NCBI GenBank assembly: GCA_026387155.1
Contig: JAPLMF010000019.1
Location: 1-44,240, forward strand
Length of the DNA: 44,240 nt
Source: Candidatus Omnitrophota bacterium
Lineage (GTDB): Bacteria; Omnitrophota; Gorgyraeia; 2-01-FULL-45-10
Direction of reading: 5' to 3'
Part shown: positions 16,849-24,780 of the stretch, piece by piece
How the letters are laid out: every line of letters starts with the position of its first letter
Numbering within the stretch: position 1 is the stretch's first letter
Position numbers and translations under genes: made by a program
The notes under the pieces: model-generated
What the model was told of the DNA's origin: nothing
Database searches by the model: none
Seen by the model: the letters and a program-made list of their open reading frames with translations, nothing else

Positions 16849-17223
16849 ATGAATACGGAATTAAAATATGAATTTAAGGTCGATTTAAAGCCGGTAAGAC
16901 ATAAGTCGCGTAGATATTACATGGCTAAGATATCGAATGAGCCAAGGTTGAGGCAATATTTAGTGCTCGCGTATCAGATACAGGATGCGCTCGAGAAAAA
17001 TACCGATACTTCCCTACTTCAAGTAGCTGGATGGCTAAATATGACATACACACGTATAAAACAGATAACGAACCTGCTACTTCTATGTCCCGGAATACAG
17101 AAGGAGCTATTATTGTTAAACACAGATAAAATCCGTCAGCTTACAGAGCGTAAAATCCGCGATATAGCCAAAGAAATCGACTGGCAAAAACAGCTCTCAA
17201 CCTGGAATAACCTCACGCATTAG
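16849..17223 (+). CDS. ParB/KorB-like HTH protein (element B)
   Basis: 124 aa. SLLQVAGWLNMTYTRIKQITNLLLLCPGIQKELL resembles the ParB HTH plus the 'LL.L.P.IQ' segment. It aligns to the C-terminal ~100 aa of recombinase A. Confidence 0.5.
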   Translation: MNTELKYEFKVDLKPVRHKSRRYYMAKISNEPRLRQYLVLAYQIQDALEKNTDTSLLQVAGWLNMTYTRIKQITNLLLLCPGIQKELLLLNTDKIRQLTERKIRDIAKEIDWQKQLSTWNNLTH

Positions 17224-17317
17224 CCCATACCCCTTCCAATGTTATAAAAGAAATATCTGGTAATTTTGTGTTGTAATTTTTTTACTACATGATATACTTA
17301 TAATAGACAAAGAGGGG

Positions 17318-17695
17318 GTGATTAAAATGGATGAACGTAAAACATTCGGCTCGTATTTTAAGGATAGAAGGATAGAGCTGGGCCTGACGCTGCGCAAATT
17401 CTGCGAGAAACACAGCATGGATCCCGGAAATTTAAGTAAAATCGAAAGAGGCGTGTTGCCGCCGCCCAAAGATGAGATATTGAAGAAATATGCTCATCAT
17501 CTCAAGCTGAAAGAGGCGTCAAATGAGTGGTATGAATTCTTTGACCTTGCGGCCGCGGAATCAGGCCGGCTGCCAAAGGAGCTCAGAGAAAAAGAGATCG
17601 TGGCGAGGATGCCTTTCTTATTTCGCACAATCAGGGGTAAGAAGATCTCAAAAGAGAAGCTCGATAAGCTGATAAAATTGATCAAGGAATCGTAA
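17318..17695 (+). CDS. XRE-family HTH regulator
   Basis: 125 aa. LGLTLRKFCEKHSMDPGNLSKIERG is a Cro/C1-type HTH. A GAGGGGG SD lies upstream. Confidence 0.8.
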   Translation: MIKMDERKTFGSYFKDRRIELGLTLRKFCEKHSMDPGNLSKIERGVLPPPKDEILKKYAHHLKLKEASNEWYEFFDLAAAESGRLPKELREKEIVARMPFLFRTIRGKKISKEKLDKLIKLIKES

Positions 17696-17698
17696 AAA

Positions 17699-18295
17699 AT
17701 GTCAGATGTATTTGTTCCTTATAAAAACTACGACCATATAAAGAAGATAGCTTCGGATTTCCTGCATAAATACCATCCAAGGGATATCTTTCCCACTCCG
17801 ATCGAAGAGATCATAGAATTTAAGCTCAATATTGATATCATTCCGATCCCCGGACTTCACGAGATATTGGAAGTCGACGGTTTTATATCGGCGAATTTAT
17901 CGAATATCTCCGTAGACGAGTACGTGTATAAGCACAGGCAAGGCCGCTATCGCTTTACCCTCGCCCATGAGGTCGGCCATGCCATTATGCATGAGGATGT
18001 TTATAAACACCGCGGGTTCAATACGACCGTAGATTGGAAGGATTTTATGGAGACCTTCCCGGAAGATGAATGGGCCTGGCTAGAGTGGCAGGCGAATCAA
18101 TTCGCCGGATTAGTTCTCGTGCCGAGCCATCATCTGGAGAAGAAATTAAAACATCATTCAAAACAAATCAGGGCTTTAGGCATCAAGAATGATGACGTTA
18201 TCATGGATAGGGTCGTTGAATTATTAGCACGAGATTTTGTGGTTTCAAGAGAAGTTATATTAAGAAGAATTGATAAAGACGCCAAAAAAGCCTGA
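17699..18295 (+). CDS. ImmA/IrrE-family (DUF955) zinc metallopeptidase
   Basis: 198 aa with HEVGHAIMH (HExxH) and a downstream E...ANxFA. It starts 4 nt after the stop of the XRE gene. Confidence 0.8.
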   Translation: MSDVFVPYKNYDHIKKIASDFLHKYHPRDIFPTPIEEIIEFKLNIDIIPIPGLHEILEVDGFISANLSNISVDEYVYKHRQGRYRFTLAHEVGHAIMHEDVYKHRGFNTTVDWKDFMETFPEDEWAWLEWQANQFAGLVLVPSHHLEKKLKHHSKQIRALGIKNDDVIMDRVVELLARDFVVSREVILRRIDKDAKKA

Positions 18296-18471
18296 TTTTA
18301 CGACTAAACCACCCAAAAAGTAAACCAGAGATAAAGAGAGGTATTAAGAGGAGATCTTTGCTATATATTGACTATATCACGGTAATTCGTCGAGTTGCGT
18401 TGGTATAGACAGAATAGCTCAAACTACTTAAATATTTTGAGTTTTCTCGACGACAAATCATAACAAAGTAA

Positions 18472-18489
18472 CCGACGTTAAAACGTCGG
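18472..18489 (-). terminator. Hairpin downstream of att core copy 2 (weaker equivalent of the element-borne tRNA terminator)
   Basis: On the minus strand: CCGACGT-TTTA-ACGTCGG followed by TTACTTTGTT. Same relative position as the hairpins at 3172-3210 and 24744-24780. Confidence 0.4.
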
Positions 18490-18534
18490 CTACATTCAAA
18501 TATTCTCTACCTCTCTGTTTCGAGGCAAAATAAA

Positions 18535-18544
18535 TGGCGTCCCT
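18535..18544. repeat. att core copy 2 (junction between elements B and C)
   Basis: tggcgtccct matches the last 10 nt of tRNA-Arg(UCU). It is flanked on the left by the B near arm and on the right by the C far arm. Confidence 0.8.
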
Positions 18545-18849
18545 ATTATAGGGCTCTCTTATACTTATCTCTGATTTCGATAGCGTTATTATATAGTCAT
18601 TATCACTGATTGGCAAGAATTTTTGAAGATTCAGAGAGGCGAGTTTTAGAGAGATATCCGGACATGTCTGCGTGCTCAAAAACTGTCCGTTTTGTCCAGT
18701 ATTTTTAGGACAAAAAATCCATAACTTATTGTCATGCAGTCAAATACGAATGTCCATTGTACCAGACCCGGACATTTGTCTATTTTGCTTTCACGCTTTT
18801 ATCAAAAGTCGATAAAAGGTCCTTTAAAAATGGACATTAAGCATATCGT

Positions 18850-19341
18850 TTAATGGTGAACGAATAACTCTTTATTCTTTAATGCGGCAACTCTACCTTT
18901 CTGCAGCGTCAGCTTCTTCTGCTCATCCGCGAAAGTTGTTGTTACCTGCTTAGTCGCCGGCTGTGATCCATTGGTTGCATGAGCTTCTTCAGCCGTTGAT
19001 GTAGGCTGTTCATTTAGGGATACCTCGACATCTTTCCTCACATCCGCCATAGTTTGTTTTTTTTCGGTAAGCGTTTTATCAAGAGTTTCTTGTCTTTCTA
19101 GCTGCTTTTTTATATTCTCTTTGGCTTCATCGTCTGTAGGAAAAATATTCCGGGAAATTGTATAGCCGGGTTCGACGACAGTCTCTTCTTCTTTAATGAC
19201 CTCCTTTTCCACCGGCTGGCTTAATTGTTCCTTCGCTTTATGTATCCCTGAAAAAATCACCCACACGACCATAATTATAACCCCTATAATTATGCCAGCG
19301 CCTACCAACTTATCTGTCGAAATATTTTTATTCATGCTCAT
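18850..19341 (-). CDS. Single-pass membrane protein with a charged, low-complexity ectodomain
   Basis: 163 aa with one TM helix (GAGIIIGVIIMVVWVIFSGI). It is the last gene of the pseudopilin operon. Confidence 0.45.
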   Translation of the reverse strand: MSMNKNISTDKLVGAGIIIGVIIMVVWVIFSGIHKAKEQLSQPVEKEVIKEEETVVEPGYTISRNIFPTDDEAKENIKKQLERQETLDKTLTEKKQTMADVRKDVEVSLNEQPTSTAEEAHATNGSQPATKQVTTTFADEQKKLTLQKGRVAALKNKELFVHH

Positions 19342-19368
19342 TATCCAGGTTCTTGCTGGCTGTCTTTC

Positions 19369-20742
19369 TCAAAGTTGTTTTAGCGAAATTTTACGGTATC
19401 TTAGACCCCCGCTATCCTGCGCAGGAGTAAAAGACGGCGGTATTAAACTAGTAAGCCTATCGTCATAATATGGAATTTGAAGATAACCAAATTGCAGAGC
19501 ACCGCTTCCACTAAAACATCCAAACACGGTGGCGGACCATTGAGCCATTACTCCGCCATATTGCACCAAGTTTCCTAGCACGCCTGGAACCGCTGTCATG
19601 TTTTCTAGGTAAAATGAACCGTTGAGCGCAACTATATACGCATCGACCTCCTTATTACCTGACCCAAGATCATTAGGAAAAATAACGTTTGTTTTCGCAA
19701 CCAACCCCAATACATCGGTACTGGCAGGGTTAGGTGCGCTCGGGGAAGTATCGTGATATATTATACTATCTGAAGTCCAGATATTTTGGTCACAACCAAC
19801 CGTTACCTGACCGTTTAAGGCGCCCTTAACATCAACTTCCCCGCCCGTGACATAGATAGCGCCATTTTGGGGAATTGGCATGTTGGTAGTCGTCTTATAT
19901 TGGTTATTATTTGTAACATTCATGGTGCCGTTTGCAAGAAATTGGATGCTAGTATCGGTATGCGTCCCACCCGGGCCGCGATAATATCCGGGCTGTGGGT
20001 TTTGTGGATCATTCATATTACGGCCATCTATTAACAGCCCACTTCCTGGCTGGCTTGCGGCGGTTTTAATCGCGGTCAGTAGTGGCGCAGGGTCTGGCAA
20101 AGGAACGGGTTGAACCCCAAGCCACAGGCCCGCGTTAAACTGTGGTTGGTCGACTCCCGGGGAGTCATAGTATGATACTTGAGTGTCTGCTACAGACACT
20201 GCTCCATTAAATATAGGGTTACCGGCAACATAAAGATGATCGTTAACCTGTAGCGGACCATTAACAATATTGCCTGTTACCCAATAGGATGCATATCCTT
20301 CCCAACCGGGGTAATAACAAATTTCAGTGTTGGTAATGTAAGCCCAATGTTGAAACGAGGTTAATTGAACTGTCAACTGTAAGGTCTTTGACACACCTTT
20401 ATAGGTCCCTATAGATGTTATACCATATGTAGGCCAAGTCCCGGAAGCTAGTACCTGATAGCTCACGGCATAGCTACCCGCATCATTTGCCCCGTTGACA
20501 TTATAATTTTTACTGAAAGACAGCAGCGAAGGAGTCCACCCGCCATCCCGTAAATGTTTATAGCCATCAGCTATACCGGCATCCGCAATACAATATGCGC
20601 GCATAGCATTGCATTTTGCATACGCCAGAAATATGTCATTACTACAAATGGCAAGCAATGTCGTACAAAGAAAGATGACCAATAATAGTATCGGCAATGT
20701 CATAACTAATGCGAAGCCTCTTTTATCCACAAACGACCTCAT
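19369..20742 (-). CDS. PilX/GspK-like large pseudopilin
   Basis: 457 aa. The N-terminus KRGFALVMTLPILLLVIFL is a prepilin-like hydrophobic helix without Glu5, as in GspK/PilX. The ATGA start overlaps the upstream gene. Confidence 0.55.
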   Translation of the reverse strand: MRSFVDKRGFALVMTLPILLLVIFLCTTLLAICSNDIFLAYAKCNAMRAYCIADAGIADGYKHLRDGGWTPSLLSFSKNYNVNGANDAGSYAVSYQVLASGTWPTYGITSIGTYKGVSKTLQLTVQLTSFQHWAYITNTEICYYPGWEGYASYWVTGNIVNGPLQVNDHLYVAGNPIFNGAVSVADTQVSYYDSPGVDQPQFNAGLWLGVQPVPLPDPAPLLTAIKTAASQPGSGLLIDGRNMNDPQNPQPGYYRGPGGTHTDTSIQFLANGTMNVTNNNQYKTTTNMPIPQNGAIYVTGGEVDVKGALNGQVTVGCDQNIWTSDSIIYHDTSPSAPNPASTDVLGLVAKTNVIFPNDLGSGNKEVDAYIVALNGSFYLENMTAVPGVLGNLVQYGGVMAQWSATVFGCFSGSGALQFGYLQIPYYDDRLTSLIPPSFTPAQDSGGLRYRKISLKQL

Positions 20743-21266
20743 ACTGGATGATTCCTTAAATATGCAGAGCCCTCCACTGCGCCAAGCACTGTTTTGCCGC
20801 TTATTACTTGAGATACGCTGACATATATGCTGATACAGAGGGGAGCACCTACATTCAGTGTACCAAAAGTTAACCCCACCATAGCACCCGGCGGAGCAGT
20901 ATACAAAGTATTTTGTACCCCATTTGTATCGGAATAGATAAGCCTGGTGCCTCCATTGCTTAAAGAATATGTCCGCTTAATAACGCCGTCAGTTCCAATA
21001 AATGTAAGCTTACTGGTGTCGCTATAAAAAGTAACCGATGCGGCTTCGGAGAGGCGAAGCCCGTTTGTACAGCCTTTTCCCTCCGTTATCTTACTCATAA
21101 TAACTGCCGCGTCTCTCTGAAACGTTGCCCTAGCAATATCTGTGGCGAAGATCTGTTTTACAAGAACGAAGCCGGTCAATGCAGTGGCGAATAACGTAAT
21201 TAGCAGGGCGCTTGCGATCAGAAGCTCCGTTAAAGAAAAAGCCTTTTTATCAGATAATATTATCAT
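20739..21266 (-). CDS. Prepilin-type N-terminal domain protein (minor pilin/pseudopilin)
   Basis: 175 aa. DKKAFSLTELLIASALLITLF is a class III signal with Glu5, but Ala rather than Gly at -1. Confidence 0.65.
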   Translation of the reverse strand: MIILSDKKAFSLTELLIASALLITLFATALTGFVLVKQIFATDIARATFQRDAAVIMSKITEGKGCTNGLRLSEAASVTFYSDTSKLTFIGTDGVIKRTYSLSNGGTRLIYSDTNGVQNTLYTAPPGAMVGLTFGTLNVGAPLCISIYVSVSQVISGKTVLGAVEGSAYLRNHPV

Positions 21267-21271
21267 GGACT

Positions 21272-21730
21272 TTAGTTAAGTTGCGGTTCATTAGCTATAT
21301 CGGTAGTAAGAAACTCCTGCTTAGTTACCGGTATACCATTCATTTTTTCTTTCCAACTGACTTTGATCTGGACTGTTTTTCTATAACTACAAGTAGGATC
21401 ATTGTATGGTGGAAGAACTGTTACGGTAACGGTTGCGCCGGACATATTACAACCAATGTATGCTGGCGGCAAAAATTGTTGGTTGACAATATATGGGAAC
21501 CCGGCCACACGCTGCATATCCAATACGGTGCGGGCGGCATATATAGCCTGAAGCTTATGTTTTGAATAAGAAATGAAATATTGCTGTGTATATATAATGG
21601 CCTCAAACGATATAAACGCTATGGCTATTAACAAACAGCTTATTACCACTTCCACCAGAGTAAAACCTTTTTTATGCGATCTAGACCGTCTTATAAAGCT
21701 TAGTATCTTCATAGTTACAGCTTTTTCCAA
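21272..21730 (-). CDS. Prepilin-type N-terminal cleavage/methylation domain protein
   Basis: HKKGFTLVEVVISCLLIAIAF is a canonical G|FTLxE motif. The start may instead be the MKILSF Met at 21712. Confidence 0.75.
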   Translation of the reverse strand: MEKAVTMKILSFIRRSRSHKKGFTLVEVVISCLLIAIAFISFEAIIYTQQYFISYSKHKLQAIYAARTVLDMQRVAGFPYIVNQQFLPPAYIGCNMSGATVTVTVLPPYNDPTCSYRKTVQIKVSWKEKMNGIPVTKQEFLTTDIANEPQLN

Positions 21731-21838
21731 AATTAAGTGTATGCTGCTCTTTATGTTCCAATTGAATAATTAATTAATTCGATTCCAAGGAGATATAATC
21801 CATCCTCCCTTGTGAGCAACAGAGACTATTTATAGATA

Positions 21839-21867
21839 AGTATACCCCCCCCCTTACGTTTATGCAA
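21839..21867 (-). promoter_or_regulatory. Candidate promoter of the pseudopilin operon with a G9 tract in the spacer
   Basis: On the minus strand: TTGCAT (21867-21862), a 17-nt spacer (aaacgtaa plus G9 at 21853-21845) and TATACT (21844-21839). Confidence 0.55.
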
Positions 21868-21876
21868 ATATTTTAG

Positions 21877-22290
21877 TCACAGAGGAATTTCACAACCGAA
21901 TCCTCGCCAATCAAGGCTTTGTTGCTGTCTTTCCCCGCTAAGTTCTTCCTTTAAATAATCGATGATAAATCCATCTATTCTTTTTCATACATAGGAACTA
22001 AATCGGACGGGTTTTGAATTGCCGTATTTGTCTTTATATCGTAAATCGTAGGTTTTGATTTTAGCGTATAGAATAAATATAGCCTGAGAAAGCATATCTT
22101 CCCAGAAACGGGCGCGATAGGTAGGGAATGTTATCTTATTGATCCGGAAGATGACAAAGCCTATGTGGCGTAGGACAAGTTCGTCTTTTTTTGCCTTAGA
22201 ACGTCCCTGCGCTTGTTTAATGAGGCGTCTTTCTTGGTAAAGGGAGATTCTAGGATATTTATGTATAAGGTGGCTATAGGTTTCGAACAT
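21877..22290 (-). pseudogene. Sigma-70 region-2-like gene (element C) interrupted by an in-frame TGA
   Basis: The ORF stops at ...VRFSSYV* (TGA at 21985-21987), exactly where paralog B has Trp (..RFSYYIWKRIDGFIIDF). The same frame continues KRIDGFIIDYLKEE... to a stop at 21877. Confidence 0.7.
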
Positions 22291-22369
22291 GGCGGTATAT
22301 TATACAATTCGCATATTTGAAGCCAAACTGAAAAGAGCGAGAACCCGCCAGAAATCTGCTCCTATCACC

Positions 22370-22400
22370 TTGACTTGTGGCAGTTAGTATGGCCTATATG
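22370..22400 (+). promoter_or_regulatory. Candidate promoter of the DUF2924-recombinase operon (element C)
   Basis: TTGACT (22370-22375), a 19-nt spacer and TATATG (22395-22400). Confidence 0.35.
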
Positions 22401-22428
22401 ACATGAGGCTAGAGAGGAGATTTAAGCC

Positions 22429-22884
22429 ATGAATGAACCGATTTTATCCCAGATTATAGCGTTGAAAAATGCGCCTATTTCAGAACTCAAGCAAAAGTAC
22501 AGCGAGCTATTTGCGGGCAAAAAGACGTCTTCTGATAACAGGACGTATCTTTGGCAAAGGATCTCTTATAGGATACAGGAACTTGAATATGGCGAGCTAC
22601 CGCAAGAGGCACGAGATAAGGTTAAAGAACTGGCGCAAGAATACGACCCTATCAATAATAAGGCGCTAAGGCCAAACGCCGCAAAAAAACAGTGCCTCTC
22701 ACGCGATCAGCGTCTTCCGATACCGGGAACTATAATCACAAAAGAATATAAAGGTATTACTATAGAAATTAAAGTCCTAGAGAAGGGCTTTGAATATAAA
22801 TCTAAGGTCTATAAATCTCTTACAGCTATCGCAAAAGAAATAACTGGCTGCCATTGGAACGGGTACCTCTTTTTTAAAATGTAG
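22429..22884 (+). CDS. DUF2924-like protein (element C)
   Basis: 151-aa paralog of 15158-15613, with a GAGAGGAG SD. Confidence 0.6.
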   Translation: MNEPILSQIIALKNAPISELKQKYSELFAGKKTSSDNRTYLWQRISYRIQELEYGELPQEARDKVKELAQEYDPINNKALRPNAAKKQCLSRDQRLPIPGTIITKEYKGITIEIKVLEKGFEYKSKVYKSLTAIAKEITGCHWNGYLFFKM

Positions 22885-22892
22885 GCGACGAT

Positions 22893-24113
22893 ATGAATAA
22901 ACTTAAAAATCGAATCTATTGTGCAATCTATACACGCAAATCCACAACCGAAGGACTGGAGCAGGATTTTACATCTTTAGACGCTCAGCGCGAATCTGCC
23001 GAAAATTATATCGCAAGCCAAAAGTCCGAAGGATGGGTTATGCTGCCAACGCTCTACGATGATGGCGGCTACACCGGAGCCAATACCGATAGACCTGCCT
23101 TACAAAAGCTCATGTCAGATATTAAGAATGGCGGCATTAACTGTGTCGTTGTATATAAAGTCGATAGATTATCGCGATCGCTGCTTGATTTTACCCACTT
23201 GTTAGAATTTTTCGAAAAACATAACGTCGCGTTCGTGTCAGTTACTCAAGCCTTTAATACAAATACATCGATGGGGCGACTTACATTGAATATACTATTA
23301 TCATTCGCTCAATTTGAGCGGGAGATCATATCCGAACGCACCAAAGACAAAATGGGCGCCGCGCGCAAGAAAGGCCGATGGGTTGGCGGCATTCCCATTC
23401 TTGGCTATGATCTCGACAGGATCAACCATAAGCTCGTCATCAACCTAAAAGAAGCCGGGATTGTACGAGATTTATTCGATACCTATATCAAGGAAAAGTC
23501 ACTATTACGAACAGCTGTGATACTTAACGAAAAAGGCTATAGACGTAAGACCTATACTCCGCCAAAAGGCAAGACAATGGGCGGCCAAAAATTCCAGACT
23601 ACGACTGTGCAATATATTGTAAAGAACATTACATATACCGGCAAAATAAAATATGCCGGGGTAATATATTCCGGCCTGCATGAGCCGATCATATCCGAGG
23701 AGCTATTCCAAAAGACTCAAGAAATACTCGCCAATAATCGCGTAACGCGCAAGAAGATCGGGCATTCAAAGAATACATCCCTACTCGGCGACATCTTGCG
23801 TTGTAAGGCCTGTGGTAAAGCGATGTTTCATACCTACACGATGCGAGGCAAATATAAGTATAGATATTATGTCTGCCAAAGCGTCCAAAAACAAGGCTCA
23901 AATTCGTGTCCTACCAGATCAGTAAATGCGCAGGCTATAGAGGACGCCGCGATAGACTGTCTTCGCAAGATGCCTCAGAAAGAGTTAAAAGAAATTCTGG
24001 ATATCTGGGATGTACTATTCCCACAGCTAAAACATGAGGCATTAAAACGCATGGTTAAAGAAGTAAAATACGATGGAATAACTGGCAAGCTGGATATCGT
24101 TTTAAACCGTTAG
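22893..24113 (+). CDS. Large serine recombinase (element C)
   Basis: 406 aa. By manual count it shows about 30 substitutions relative to copy B (~92% identity). The canonical VYKVDRLSRS is intact. Confidence 0.85.
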   Translation: MNKLKNRIYCAIYTRKSTTEGLEQDFTSLDAQRESAENYIASQKSEGWVMLPTLYDDGGYTGANTDRPALQKLMSDIKNGGINCVVVYKVDRLSRSLLDFTHLLEFFEKHNVAFVSVTQAFNTNTSMGRLTLNILLSFAQFEREIISERTKDKMGAARKKGRWVGGIPILGYDLDRINHKLVINLKEAGIVRDLFDTYIKEKSLLRTAVILNEKGYRRKTYTPPKGKTMGGQKFQTTTVQYIVKNITYTGKIKYAGVIYSGLHEPIISEELFQKTQEILANNRVTRKKIGHSKNTSLLGDILRCKACGKAMFHTYTMRGKYKYRYYVCQSVQKQGSNSCPTRSVNAQAIEDAAIDCLRKMPQKELKEILDIWDVLFPQLKHEALKRMVKEVKYDGITGKLDIVLNR

Positions 24114-24121
24114 GATATTTT

Positions 24122-24496
24122 ATGGATAAAAACCTGATATATGAATTTAAAGTTGATTTAAAGCCTGTAAGGCATAAGTCTTGCCGGTATCATATGGCTA
24201 AAATCTCTAATGAGCCTAAACTGCGGCAATATTTAGTGCTGGCAATGCAGATAGATGAAACGCTTTCGGAAGGAAAGGCAAAGAACCTATATCAAATCAC
24301 TGAATGGCTTTGCATGACATATACAAGGATAAAGCAGATAACAAATCTATTACTTTTATGCCCTGAGATACAGAAAGACATATTACTGATAAATACAGAC
24401 AAAATCCGTCAGATCACAGAACGAAAAATCCGCAACATAACCAAAGAAATCGACTGGCAAAAGCAACTCTTGGCGTGGCATAACCTCCTAAAATAG
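24122..24496 (+). CDS. ParB/KorB-like HTH protein (element C)
   Basis: 124-aa paralog of 16849-17223. Confidence 0.5.
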   Translation: MDKNLIYEFKVDLKPVRHKSCRYHMAKISNEPKLRQYLVLAMQIDETLSEGKAKNLYQITEWLCMTYTRIKQITNLLLLCPEIQKDILLINTDKIRQITERKIRNITKEIDWQKQLLAWHNLLK

Positions 24497-24743
24497 CTAT
24501 CTTCTTCTGTCAAATATAAGTGGTTTAGTGATTATTTTAGCTATTTTTGCTTCTCAATATATGGACAAATCTGACGATAAATCCACTAAACCACCAAAAC
24601 ACTAAACCAGAGATAAAGAGAGGTTTCGAGAGCCTATTTTGGCCAAATACTGGCCTACCTAAGGCATTCTAGTAGAAAATAGTAATATTGATAAAATGGC
24701 TCAACCTACAGCAATATTTTGAATTTTCTCGTCGAGAAATCAT

Positions 24744-24780
24744 GAAAAAGGCCTTAGTTAATTAACAATCAACTAAGGTC
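24744..24780 (-). terminator. Intrinsic terminator downstream of tRNA-Arg(UCU), supplied by element C
   Basis: On the minus strand: GACCTTAGTT-loop-AACTAAGGCC followed by TTTTTC. It begins about 37 nt after the tRNA CCA end. Confidence 0.65.

Larger units (their letters stand above)
7353..18534. mobile_element. Element B: ~11.2-kb integrated island (kdp cargo, recombinase module, XRE/ImmA)
   Basis: Bounded by att core copies 1 and 2. Its far arm (7353-~7600) is homologous to 18545-~18800. Its near arm (18296-18534) is homologous to 24580-24817. Confidence 0.7.

Noticed and set aside
18430-18470. Short conserved minus-strand ORF starting MI(C/S)RRENSKY in the near arms of B and C
   Set aside because: Only the first ~10 codons are conserved, and the two copies then diverge to different lengths (29 vs 24 aa). 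The conservation is better explained as a DNA-level motif (ttttctcgWcgaSaaatcat).
18458-18679. 73-aa ORF (-) spanning att core copy 2
   Set aside because: It crosses the junction between two different elements and is not conserved at the equivalent junctions.
21985-21987. Possibility that the in-frame TGA in the sigma-like gene reflects UGA=Trp or another recoding
   Set aside because: TGA clearly terminates several well-defined genes here (kdpF, fumA, the queF +1 frame, the ChbG-like gene). Long ORFs are intact under the standard code.
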